From Anolis carolinensis (taxonomy: Eukaryota): a stretch of 64,000 bases of DNA. Positions 50,297 to 62,803 of this stretch are shown piece after piece. A program made the translations under genes and the position numbers. Each line of letters begins with the position of its first letter. The stretch's first letter is position 1. Under the pieces are notes generated by a model. It saw nothing but the letters and a program-made list of their open reading frames with translations, ran no database searches and was not told the DNA's origin. The DNA lies in contig NC_085842.1 in the NCBI RefSeq assembly GCF_035594765.1, positions 221,537,747-221,601,746 of the forward strand. The letters run 5' to 3'.

Positions 50297-52086
50297 CAAA
50301 GAGGATCTTCCTTGGGAACTTCCCCCTCACCCATGTTCTATGATATAAGGAGAAAAGATGCCTCATGTTGACTACAAGGGTAGTCCTTTATATTCTTTCT
50401 TTTGGATTTGTTATGTTAGCGAAGGGCTATTCAGATGTTCTTTCTTGTTACATGTATTTTTTCTTCCATCCTTCAAAACATGGCTTGATGTCTATTTCAT
50501 CTAGCCATAAATTGGGTATACATATGCAGGAAACTGAATGTATTGATATTAAACGTTATCCAGGGTTTTCAACTCACCATAGTTAAATTATTCTTTATAT
50601 TAGTCTATTCAGCAGGTCTTAATCTGGGAATTTTATGCTTCTTTCTTCTGCCCTTTCTTTCTTCTCTTGTGTAACATTTGTCAGTTTTTACTTCACCATA
50701 ATTTGAGGATTCATTCATTTTTTATCACTGATTCAGCTAAAAGTATGTAGCAAAGGGTCACATTGAAATGGCTGCCCACAAGTTGCCATTCTATTTGCAG
50801 TTGGGGGCTTTGTGGTATTTATTTTCATGTTATTTAGGGGGTTAGAATTAATATAGATTATAAATTATAGATTTTCACTGGAGAGAATGGAACCTGTGCT
50901 AATATTCTTCACAGATGGCTACAAGTCAGAAGTCTACAGCTGCTCCTTCTATGTAAAAATGGTAAAATATTTGAAAATATTTGAAAATGGTGGAAGAACA
51001 TGTATCAGGAGTGTCTGGAAAGAATGTGAAGAAAATGCTGTTCTGCATAGAAAAATGTTGTTTTTCTCTGCCAAAACATAGGCAAATTTCCCACACTGTA
51101 TAGAATGCAATAACTGCACTACTTTCAGAGATAGTGGGGAGAAATTTTCTAAAATTAGTCATAGCTCCCTTCAAAAATGAAATCAGAGGAGAATAACATA
51201 CTTAGTCCTTTCCTGCCTGTGGTTGAATGTTTGGGAAAAAATAAAAGGGGAGCTCTACTTGAAAGTTATTACAGCTACTACTCCTAATACCTTATGATAC
51301 CCCCTTTTCACTCTGTTTTGGGAATTACTCAGTCCTCCCTCTCAAATCAGGTGAATCCCCATGGCATGAAAATTACCAATGTTAATGCAGTCTCTCATTA
51401 TTTCTTCATTTATTATTCTCTTATTTAGTATTTGTGTTTCATCTATTCGGTCTTTAATGCTTCTCTCCCCTAAGTCCTTCTATCCATTTTATTTTTCCAC
51501 CCCCCTTTGCTCAGATTCCCCATCTCTTTGCATTATGATCAAATTACATTTAATTTTTAAAGCTCTTAAGTCTTCACATTTCTCCTTTATTTTCATTCAC
51601 TGTATTCTTTTTTCTCTTCACATCTCACACATTTTCTTCATCTTTTGAAAAAAACTTGCTTTTCATTACATCTACTGCTTTCATTCACTATTGATTTTAA
51701 TGGCCTCAGATCAAAAATAATATTGGTTTTTAAATCTCGTATTTTCACTTCTGTTTATCAGCATTGGCATTTGACATGTTTCCCGTCTTCCTTCAAAGTT
51801 TTCTTTCCTCAAGTATTTTATTTGATTTCAAATCTGTAGGTAGAGCCTTGCTTTCTTTATTTTTTCCTATGTGTATTCCAGAAATATTAGGCCATAATCA
51901 GTGAGTTAGTCTATTTTCTTCCTCACTTGAAAATGTTTCCTGTTTATGACATTGTAGGTACACAGTGCTAAAGTTGGAGAGAATGATTTACCTGGCAGAT
52001 GGAATAGTTGGAAAGAGAGGGCACTATGGACAAATTTGGTTGCAATCATTTATAGGACAGATATTGCCCTGTTAATTGCAAAAACA

Positions 52087-52356
52087 GGAGTCCCTGTGGC
52101 CTAGTGGATTAAAGGCTCATGACTTGAAGGTTGGGTTGCTGACCTGAAGGCTGCCAGGTTCGAATCCCACCCAGGGAGAGCACGGATGACCTCCCTCTAT
52201 CAGCTCCAGCTCCATGAGGGGACATGAGAGAAGCCTCCCACAAGGATGATAAAAACATCAAAACATCCGGGCGTCCCCTGGGCAACGTCCTTGCAGACGG
52301 CCAATTCTCTCACACCAGAAGCAACTCAGGTAGCTCCTGACACAAGGGAAAAAAAA
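52087..52356 (+). mobile_element. tRNA-derived SINE (Anolis SINE2-type)
   Basis: A/B boxes (gtggcctagtgg; ggttcgaatccc); TSD aatt(g/a)caaaaa. Confidence 0.9.
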
Positions 52357-52789
52357 GAAAATTACAAAAAGATAAAGAGCAGGTCTGAGGAAATTGTAGC
52401 ACAGAGACATTTTGTATCTAACTTTTCTCATCACCACACCACCTGAGCAATGGTCAGAATGATGGGAGATGTGGTCTAGCAAAATTTCTCAATCAGAAGT
52501 TATGAACATAAGCACAAGGACCAATGAGATTTATGGTTTGGGGTTAGCTTCAAATGTGTACACCCTCTCCTCAGAGCTATATACTTTAGGCAAGCTTATA
52601 CTAATATTATAGAACTAAATCTTAACATGTAAACTTCCCAGGAAATCTAACCATGATGGAAATATTTATAATACCTGCATGCACCCTACATACAAGAGAG
52701 TTGAAAACTTGGGAAAATCCATCACTCTCATTTGGATTACAAGTCCCAGAATTCCCCCAGTTAGTATTTCCATTGGGAATACTGGGAGC

Positions 52790-53559
52790 TAAACTATGTT
52801 TTAACTTGGATGTTTGCAGAAAAATCTATACTGAACATTCTTAGAAGTTATCATCTAAAGCAAAATTCAAACAATGTGTGGTGATTTTGGAAGTAGGAAA
52901 CCCAATTTCCAAACTCTGTACAAGTCTCGGATGTCTGAAACCTTCATGGCATCGGTCATCCCTACTACCTCTTGTAAACATTGTGAAGATGAGTACAGCA
53001 GCAAAGTAGAATTGGAGTTTTTCAGGTTGTAGTACCTCAGAGTGGTTTCATGCTACTTATAGAAAAATGCATTTGGACCTCCAGGCATGCAAGCAATTAC
53101 TATAGCGGTCTTTCAAACATTGAATACTGGGAAAATGTACTCTCTTATATTTTTAAATGAAAAAGTGAGAAGTGAGAAGAAGTTGTGTGGAACATAACTG
53201 GGCACCTACAGTCTTGAAATACAGATGCATAGAATCCCTCAAGAAATCTAATCAGGGGAATTGATATAGAGAGTTGAAATTCATGTGGCTTCCTTAGTCC
53301 TTCCTCTGGCATTCAGCTCAAGTAGAATGTTTCTGAACAAATTTAACTTTGGGTAAACTCAGTGACAACCTAGGGATGCAGAACACCTCTGAGAAATTGT
53401 GCTAGCTTCACTGAATTTCTTTCAGTTCCCTTTAAAATTCCCTATGGGTTTCCTACTTCCAAAATCACCACACATTGTTTGAATTTTGCTTTAGATGATA
53501 ACTTCTAAGAATGTTCAGTACAGATTTTTCTGCAAATATCCAAGTTAAAACATAGTTTA
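52790..53559. repeat. 115-bp inverted repeat pair (52790-52904 and 53445-53559)
   Basis: Arms are reverse complements, with two mismatches by eye. Confidence 0.92.
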
Positions 53560-55160
53560 ACTGTTGGACATAATGTATAATGTCCTTCCTAGTTTATATA
53601 GGTTGAAACTATATAGGTTATATAGGTTATGTGGAGATAGGTTGATTATCCATTAAGGATTTGAATAGGAGCAGTATACCTTCTAGATTTTCCAGAAATT
53701 GGCTAATTTTGACCACACCTTGTCAAGTTTACCTTTTTGAATTGTGATTTGATTCTTACTGTTTACACCCAACAGATCAATAATTCAATGTTGAGTCAAC
53801 AGATAGTTAAATCACATTGATTAAATGACAAATTTGGAATGGTGTCAACATTTTCAGACTGTAGACTTCAAGTGAAGTAGATTAGAATCCACAAACAGGA
53901 TTGTCTTCCTGGTGACACAAGACTCTCATTCTTCTTCTGATGAGTTTTGGTTCTCTTCCTTTTCCTATTTTTGAATGTACAGTTGAGATTAATTGTATGG
54001 GTGTATTATCTACACTGCAGAAATGAATGCCATTTTACACCACAGTTCAATGCTATAAAATTTGGAGTTGTAGTTTTCCAAGGTCTTTCACTTTCTCTGA
54101 GTAAAAGTGTGATGTCTAACCAAACTACAATGTGAACGTACACATGATGAATTGACCAGAGTCCTGTATTTAAACTCTTTCCTGTATTTAAATTCTTTCT
54201 AAATGAGAAAGAGCCTTAAAGCCTGTCCAGTTCCCTCCAAGACAGAGGTATGGAAGGAGGACACTTTCGGATATCTTCCTCTTGGAGCAGGCTGAAAGAT
54301 GCTCCTTCCTTCTTACCTACCGATTGACAGCTTTTTCCTATTTATCTGCTAGCTAATTCCAGCCTTTACTTCACTGGAGCTATAATTAATACTCCACTTA
54401 GTTCTAATGTGGTCATCAACATGAAAAGTAGAGTCACCCACAGTCAAGTACATTTTAGGTGTGTGCAATTCAGCAAAAACCCATGCTGTTTTCAGTGCCT
54501 GGTTTTCGGCTGCACCCTTGTTCTATTTAGAGGGAACTTTTTGAATTTGGGAGGAGTTTCTGTTTTTATACCGGAAAAAAATGATCCATTGCTTCCAATG
54601 TGGAAAGTTTGGAGTCTCATTCCTCCAAAATCATTAGGTTTATCAGCTCATTCACTTGTAGGCCACATTTACTTCTGCAAACCTGACAAGTTTCAGTACA
54701 TTTCACCAATCCACTAACCTTTTGGAAATTTTTAAAGTTTTTACCATAACATTTTTATTAAAAAAAACCACAAGAAGGGGTTCTGGGAATTGAGGTCCCA
54801 AGCACATGCCACAAGAGGAGAGAAAAATGGAATCAGTCAACCATGTCTCTGATTGACTGGAAAAAAAGTAAAAAAAATACACACAGAGAAAAAAAAACCA
54901 ATTTCCATTATTCCTCAGGAAGGAACACAAGGCTGCTGGGAAAGTGTGTTCCCATTTGCCTCAAGTAGGCATGGAGGGAGGCTTTGAGAAGAGATGGAGG
55001 AAACTGCCAGGGAAGCAAGCAAAGAAGGAGGAGCAGTTTTTCCTTATTTGCAAGGCTGCCCTGCCTACACACCACTACCTCCTCTCAGTAGAGTGCTGCT
55101 CAGCCCCATTTCTCCCCATTGGCCAAAAAGATCTGGCCACTGTGATCTTTACCTGCTAAC

Positions 55161-55440
55161 AGAGCCTCCGGTGGCATAGTGGTTTAAAGCCTCATGACTT
55201 GAAGGTTGGGTTGCTGACCTGAAGGCTGCCAGGTTTGAATCCCACCTGGGGAGAGCGCAGATGAGCTCTCTCTATCAGCTCCAGCTCCATGCAGGGACAT
55301 GAGAGAAGCCTCCCACAAGGATGGTAAAAACATCAAAACATCTGGGCATCTCCTGGGCAATGTCCTTGCAGACAGCCAATCCTCTCACTCCAGAAGCGAC
55401 TCAAGTGGCTCTTGACACGAAAAAACAAAAACAAAAAAAC
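55161..55440 (+). mobile_element. tRNA-derived SINE (Anolis SINE2-type)
   Basis: Homologous copy; TSD cctgctaac. Confidence 0.9.
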
Positions 55441-55937
55441 CCTGCTAACGCTTTAACTGACCCATGCAAGGCTCTTTTTCATGGATTCAGCAACCAAATC
55501 CACTGAACCATCCAAATCTGATACACATAAATGAAATCGGGCACACTTGCAGTACATTTGAATTTATTCCCACATGGATTCAGTGTCTATTGCCCCATGT
55601 CCCTGAGATATGTCCTTTCTTCAGGAGGCAAATGTCTAGGATATCCATGTTCACTAGGCTATGTGGAGATATTTTGTAGGCATGTACAGTTCTTCAAACT
55701 CTAAAGGAGATTATTTTAGAAAATATTGTTAGGGATCACTCCCTTAGATATACTTTGGCTAAGATAAGGAATCAACTCCAAATGAGAATGTGACCTTTCT
55801 GTGCAATGTATGACAATGATCTACAAATAGAGCTCCTTGCAGAAGAAAAAGGGTAATTCTGTTATCTTTCTAGTACTACAAGGAGCAGGAATTTCCTTTA
55901 GAAGATGGTGCAGCCACATATTCCACCCAATCACCAT

Positions 55938-56212
55938 GCCTCCAGTGGCCTAGGGGATAAAAGCCTTGTGACTTGAAGGTTGGGTTGCTGACCTGAAGGC
56001 TGCCAGGTTCGAATCCCACCCAGGGAGAGTGTGGATGAGCTCCCTCTATCAGCTCCAGCTCCATGCGGGGTCATGAGAGAAGCCTCCCACAAGGATGGTA
56101 AAACATCAAAACATCTGGGCGTCCCCTGGGCAACATCCTTGCAGACGGCCAATTCTCTCACTGCAGAAGCAACTCTGGTTGCTCCTGATACGAAAAAAAA
56201 CCAAAAAAAAAA
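55938..56212 (+). mobile_element. tRNA-derived SINE (Anolis SINE2-type)
   Basis: Homologous copy; TSD accatgcct. Confidence 0.9.
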
Positions 56213-57518
56213 ACCATGCCTTGTCCCATAGTGTAGCTCCAGATTAATAAAGAAAGCAGCCATATGGGCACACAGATTTTGCCTTCTGGAGGGAAAGCAT
56301 TCTCAACCACATCTATGCACTGCCACTCATAAATCTCTTTACACCTGTACATTCAATCATATATATTTACCTGCAAGTTTAAACTGGTGTCTTGGCACTT
56401 TATTACATTTTGAGCCCTCTCCCATTCACCAATAAAGAACTCCCTTCACACACCACAGTGTACAGTATTTTTTTTCCTTACTCTGCCTTCCTGATATGTT
56501 GATTCTATCCACATGTTGTCAAGAAATCTAACCTGAATTATTGATTTTGTTCTTTCATTCATGGATTTATATTATTTTTCGCCAACAGCAGAGTTAGGAA
56601 CATTAATCAAAACATGTGATTTTTTTCATATAGAAGCTAACAATGGGAGAGGAACTTCCTTTTGTGCTTTGTAGGAAGGTAAAGGCAGAGACTGCAAACA
56701 GGAATGGAACTCTGTGAAGCATTAGGGGAAGAACCAATTTAAGTATCATTTTCATTATTGTTAGGAAATTGTTTTTATTGTTTTGTGATGGGCAAATGGG
56801 CACGCAGATCAACACCAGGGAAGGTTTGTTGGTCAGATGTTTCCATTTTTGTTCTAAATTATCCAAAATAATATTAATTCCAGCACCATATCTAGGAATT
56901 AAATAGTGTATGAGAAAAAAGGTCAGTGCTAAAACCAATGCTACTGCAGAATACCTGAGGTGTCCGTTGCTTTATGGTTGGATGTTGGTCTTTTTCTTAT
57001 TTTGAGTATGAATAGGGACAATATTTAGAAAATAATTGAATAATTGTTGAAACCTTTTTCTTTCCCTCTTTAGTATCTAGAAATCTTGAATCTCAAATTG
57101 ATGAAAATGTTCAATATTTGGGAAATATTATACACATAATATGTGTTTTGTGTTTTTGAACAGAAAATAGCTTTGTGGGGAGCTTTTACTGTGCACAAAA
57201 TAGGGAGTTTGCATGGAATCATTATTTTCAGTACTGTTTGACACTTAAAACAACATTTTCTGTGCCAATAACATTTTTTTCTGTGTAGAAAAAAGAATTA
57301 CATGCAGAAATATTGTTTTTTGACAAGAAAATGCTGTTTTCTGTGCAAAAGATGTCAGTTTGCCAAACAATTGTGAATTATTTAGGTGTAGAAAAATCCC
57401 AAATAGAGAATAGGCTTGAACAAATGTGGTTTCCCAAGTTTTTCAGTAAGAGAAAATTGCCAAACATACTCATTTCTTCCTTTGAGAAAAAACTTAATGA
57501 AGAATTGCAACCCAAGTA

Positions 57519-58310
57519 CTCCAGACTGGACTACTGTAATGCGCTCTACGTGGGGCTGCCCTTGAAAACGGCTCGGAAGTTCCAACTGGTCCAACGAGCG
57601 GCAGCCAGGATGTTAACTGGGGCCCCTTACAGAGAGAGGTCAACCCTCCTGTTCAAGGAGCTCCACTGGCTGCCATTTATTTTCCGAGCCCAATTTAAGG
57701 TGCAGGTGCTTACCTACAAAGCCCTGAACGGTTTGGGACCATCCTACCTCCGTGACCGCATCTCTGTCTACGAACTCACGCGTTCACTTTGGTCATCTGG
57801 AGAGGCCCTGCTCGTGATCCCGCCTGCGTTGCAAGCGCGGTTGCTGGGGACACGAGACAGGGCCTTCTCCGTGGTGGCCCCCGGACTCTGGAACACCCTC
57901 CCCAAGGATCTCAGACAGGCCCCTACATTGGCAGTCTTCAGAAAGAACTTGAAGACCTGGCTGTTCCAATGTGCCTTCCCAGATTAATAGGAAATCTCCA
58001 ATACCAAGTCCCATAAGCACTTTATTAGAATTAAGATTGCATATCGCACTCTGCACTTGCCCTATAAGCCTTATATATGACCTGTCACATCAGCACTTTT
58101 AATCTTGTACCCATTACTCTGGCCCGGCCCAGTTCTATTGTGTTTTAGCGTATTGTTATTGCTTGTGGTTTATACTGTTTTAATTCTTTTAATTTGCCTT
58201 TGTTTGTATTGTTATATTGTGTGTTGAGGCCTTGGCCTTTGTAAGCCGCATCGAGTCCTTCAGAAGATGCTAGCGGGGTACAAATAAAGTTTAATAATAA
58301 TAACAATAAT
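57519..58310 (+). mobile_element. L2-clade LINE, 5'-truncated, young
   Basis: Intact ORF2 C-terminus SRLDYCNALYVGLP..LQLVQ-like..LHWLP..RAFSVVAPGLWNTLP; (TAA)n tail; 10-bp TSD aacccaagta. Confidence 0.93.
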
Positions 58311-61300
58311 AACCCAAGTAAAAACTGATCAAAGCAGTTCACTTGGTTTAATGTTTAAACTCACATTGAATTTCTGATTGTGTTTGTTGCACAATAGCTA
58401 CAGCTGAGACACACTGAGCAGCATTTACCAGAATAAGCACATAGCCAAGCAAACCAATATATTTAAAAGTTATCTCACAAATAAATAGTGTGACGTGCTA
58501 TGAAGAGTGGTCAGGAGCAAATACCAGAACACAAATACTTAGTAGCACATGAAATCAAGCTATTAATAACACATCTCAGCTGTGAATATATCATCATCAT
58601 CATCCTGTTTTTCTCTTGATTGAGAGAGAAAAACAGTGTGGCTGCCAATGGGCCTGATTCACAGATCTAAAAACACAATAATCCAAACACACTCTTTTGT
58701 TAAGAAGAATGTGTCACAAACAGAAGCCTGTTTAACATATTCAGTTTGCTTTATTAGTGTCAATGACAATAGAATCTGATATGGAGTCCGAAGTAGTGTG
58801 TAGATGAAACATATTTTACTGATGTCATTTTACTCCATTACTAATTAGGTTTTTAAGAATAGAATATTCAGTTGATTATTCACTTTAAATAATGTGTGCA
58901 ATGTGGGTTGAGTTGGCTTTCATTTATCCAACATCCATCTTATTGTAACAGTGTGTTTGACTTCACAAGCTTTTCAGCTTCTGTGATACACACAACCTTG
59001 TCCTTATTGAATTTTACTTGCAGATGAGACACTATACGGTCCTTAGAAAATGTAGGAAAAACCTACCTGCTGTCACTTGAATAGACATTTATTTCCCTTT
59101 GCATTTTTCGGAGGGATACAGCTTGTAAAGTGATGTTATCAACTCGCTGTCCAAGTTAATGTACAGGAAAGAGCAGATAATATGGCATTTTTCTTTAATG
59201 CCATTAAAATGTTCTCACAGTACTTTGTCTTCCTTAGCTTATGCAGATAGTGATCCATTTAGTTGTCAAGCTGTCTGTTTCATCTGATGTTAATATGATT
59301 TCAGGGGCATGTTTAAATCTGTATGTGTTGACCTTGGAGCTCGTCTTCATAACCTTCTAGAGAGTATCTGATGGAATAAACAGAAGAAGACAACTCTGAG
59401 TGCATAAAGTAGGTGCTTTCTGAGTACTTAACATTCTCATATGCAATAATTCTGATGTTCCTTCTATAGTGGAATAGACTGGAATTTGTGTTTACTTTGG
59501 GCTGAATGTGCCTCCTGTTAGAAGATGACTTATGCCACTCCAATTGATCCTACAGACGAGAAGGCTCTTGTTCCTTTAACATAGCAGTGAGCTTCTTTCA
59601 TGGATCCAATTTTTCACCTAGAACCTGCTGTCAGCTTCGCCACCACATAACTGAAATTTGCTAGCAACCTGTTAAAAAAACATTTTAAATGGTTGTACTG
59701 GCACTTGATTTTGTAAATGTGCCTCCTTTTAAATAGCCTTAAGGACTACATGCATCCCCTGAATCAGAGCTGGTTGGCAGATTACGATTGCAAAACACTA
59801 TTAGGGAATTTAACTCTCTGCCTCCTACATCTGTCCTGTGTTGAATAGGAGCTCTAGTTGAATTTTCTTGTTAGTGTTTGATTTTCTTGGTTCTGGTCTA
59901 TGAAAAAATTGTGGCACTAGGTTTGCTAAACAATACAGCTAATCACCACCCCACAGCAAAAAGGGAAGAAAAAAACTGGTCATTAGCTTTCAATACTGGT
60001 AAGCGATCCATATAATATTATGGCAAATTGATATTTATCTGTCCTATCTAAACAGATGGTTCTGCACCAGGTTTTTATAAGCAAATGAATGGTACTGCTA
60101 GATCGCAGCAAAAACCTTCCATTCAGGAACTTGTTTCTCAGAAACTAGACATGAAGACAGCTGCTCTTTCCAGATGTTCTGCCCTTACAACTGCCATTTA
60201 AAGACTTCATAACTGGAGTCATTGCTAGCCATGATTTCGATAAAATTGATAATAATAAGAACTATTTATGTGACTGATAATGAATAGACACCAGACTATG
60301 ATTTAGATTTGTGCAATTTTTAAATGTTTTTATAATTGATGTTTTAATTATATTGCTTTTATAACTGTTTTTGGCATCAAATGACTGCCCTGAGTCCCCC
60401 CCCCCCCCCCAGGGAGTGGTGGTGAGAGGGACAGGATACAAATGTATGAAATAAATAAATAAATGCCTTCAGTCATTTTTTTAAGTAATTCAAATTAATG
60501 GCCTAAATCTTCTCCACATCTGTTGAAAGTCAATGGAAGCAAAGTAGAAATTATACATTTATTTATTTACTTATATTTCATTTTATTTCTATACCACCTT
60601 TGTCTCCATGCAGACTCATGGTGGCTTACAATAACATGGCACAACCCAATAAATTTTAAAACATGGCAAAAGTTAAAAAAAAATGAAAAACAAATATGTG
60701 TGTCATGAATACAAAATACAGTTAAAATACAATAAAATGCATACAAATTTACCATACCATTATATTGGTTTTATAAGTCTTCTCAGAGGTCAACTCCAAC
60801 GAACCTAATGAAATTTGGCCAATGATAAGTGTGTATGTAATTGCACTAAAATATCATGGCTAATTCTTTCTATTCCCAAAGAACAGTTAGTACTGTAGTT
60901 TAGAAAGGATGGTGAAAATGTTCAGTAACCCCTAACGCTTTTACAGAACAGGCCAAGCATTTTCCTGGTTGGGGAAAAATAATATTTAGCAAGTTTTAAG
61001 TTTAGTTTAGATAAATCACACACCACAGAGTAGATGGAATGCCCCAATAATGTTAAGAACTGAACAGGGTCATTTTCGTATAGATAAGGAACACTGTTAT
61101 GTGAGAGGAAGATGCCAGTTTCCCCTAATTACCTTGTGAATTGTATTATCGCACATCACATCTAAATATCTGTTTTACTTTGTAGTGTATCTCAAAATAA
61201 TAACTAGAAGAAATTTTGTGTCATTTCCTGTGACTTTTTTGGATTACAAAAGAAAATAGAGATATTTTTTGGCAAAAAGAAGATGAAAATTATCATCATC

Positions 61301-61314
61301 ATCATCACCATTAA

Positions 61315-61597
61315 CAGGCATGTAGCCGGGGGGGGGGGGGGGGGGGCTTGAGGGGCTTCAGCCCCCCCCCCCCCCCGAAATTCTCAGGGTGGTCGGCAAG
61401 GCCTTACATTTATGATTTAAACTGTTATGTTTATTCATATCATGAAATGATCACCATGCTCTGTATATCCCATATGCATGGGGGTATTGGGATGACAATA
61501 CAAAAGGTTTGCTAGGGTAGACCCTCTCCCACTCAGACTCAGCCCCCCCCCCCGAACCAAAATCCCAGCCCGAAACAAAATCCTGGCTACGGGCCTG
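61315..61597. mobile_element. hAT MITE with poly-G/poly-C tracts
   Basis: TIR caggcatgtagcc/ggctacgggcctg; perfect TSD accattaa. Confidence 0.88.
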
Positions 61598-61789
61598 ACC
61601 ATTAATATCCCACTTTTTATATTTTGATTGTGATGCAAGGCAGATCACAAGATTTAAAAACAATGTGAGTAACATCTTCCACATATAAATATTAAAATAG
61701 AATTAAACATACAAATCAGCTAAAATCATGTAAAATACTTAAAAACAGGTAAAATAATTAAAATACTTTATACACACACCTGAGGGAGG

Positions 61790-62105
61790 GGGGTAACTCT
61801 AAACAACTTTCTTCTTCAAAAGGTTGCCTGAATAAAAAGATTTTAATCTGCTACTTGAAGGACAACAGGGACAGAGCCATTCTGGTCTTCCTAAGCAGGA
61901 GGTCCAGAGCCCGGGGGTAGCCACCAAGAAGGTCCTCTCTCTCATTCCTTCCAACTGAGTTTGCAATGGTGGTAGAATCAAGAAAAGGGCTTCTATTGAG
62001 GATCTCAGGGCCCAAGCAGATTCATACTAGGAGATACAATCCGGCAAATAGTCCAGACGTGAGCCATATATGGCTTTATAGGTTACGACTAGCGAATTGT
62101 GGCCA
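61790..62105 (-). mobile_element. Older L2 3' fragment
   Basis: Degenerate ERTFLVATPGLWTS, equivalent to the L2 DRAFSVAAP.LWN.L motif. Confidence 0.7.
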
Positions 62106-62562
62106 GAAGCAAGCTAACAGACCAAAGTAGATAAAGATGAGGAAGAGGAGGAGGGCTTGGGTGTTTGGAAGCCCCAGTAGTGAGTTCAGGTTCAACATGA
62201 AATCTGTTGGCTATATTCACACCCCATAATATAGTTCTATCTACTGAACACCCTGAATTATTCATTAGATATTTTGATATATATTACTTATCCTTTTTTT
62301 TGCTAGAAAATCAGAAAGTAAAAATAGCGTCAACATCTCAGGATCAGAAGTGCTTCTTATCAAAATTTTCTTCCACATTAATTCTCCTTCTCCACTCATT
62401 TTGATGCTAATTATGTTTAGTATCTTTTTTACACTTAAAAAATAACTTTGGTAAACTGACCATGCTTAGAAGCAAAAATCAGTTTGAGGGAGCCATAGTT
62501 TGAAAGTCAGTGTAGGCAAAGCATTCATGACAGTGAAATAAAGGGAGAGTTTTATATATATA

Positions 62563-62800
62563 CTAGCTTTGCCCGGCCACGCGTTGCTGTGGCTTATGGG
62601 AATCCTTTGTTGGCCAGGTGGAATAGCACTGAATAGCCTTGTAGTCTCAAAGCCTGGCCGTTTTCTGGAGTAGCTGGAGCTCTTTGTTTTATGAACGCAG
62701 AGGCATGGATGAGGGGTTGTGCTGCCAAGTTTAGTGTTTCTGGGATGTGTAGTTTTGTTGTTTTGTCCTAGGCCGAAATTTCATTACCCTATATATATAT
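62563..62800 (-). mobile_element. Short non-autonomous Helitron
   Basis: Same 3' hairpin and CTAG terminus as Helitron B, different body, (TA)n at the other end. Confidence 0.75.
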
Positions 62801-62803
62801 ATA

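Noticed and set aside
52087-52170. tRNA genes
   Set aside because: The A/B boxes are heads of SINEs that have bodies, tails and TSDs; no complete cloverleaf is seen.
57313-57987. 224-aa ORF as a host gene
   Set aside because: Chance fusion of flanking AT-rich sequence to a 5'-truncated L2 ORF2; the junction coincides with the TSD at 57509-57518.
59550-59650. Selenoprotein-like frame with in-frame TGA codons
   Set aside because: The frame also contains a TAG, and no SECIS or selenoprotein homology is recognisable.
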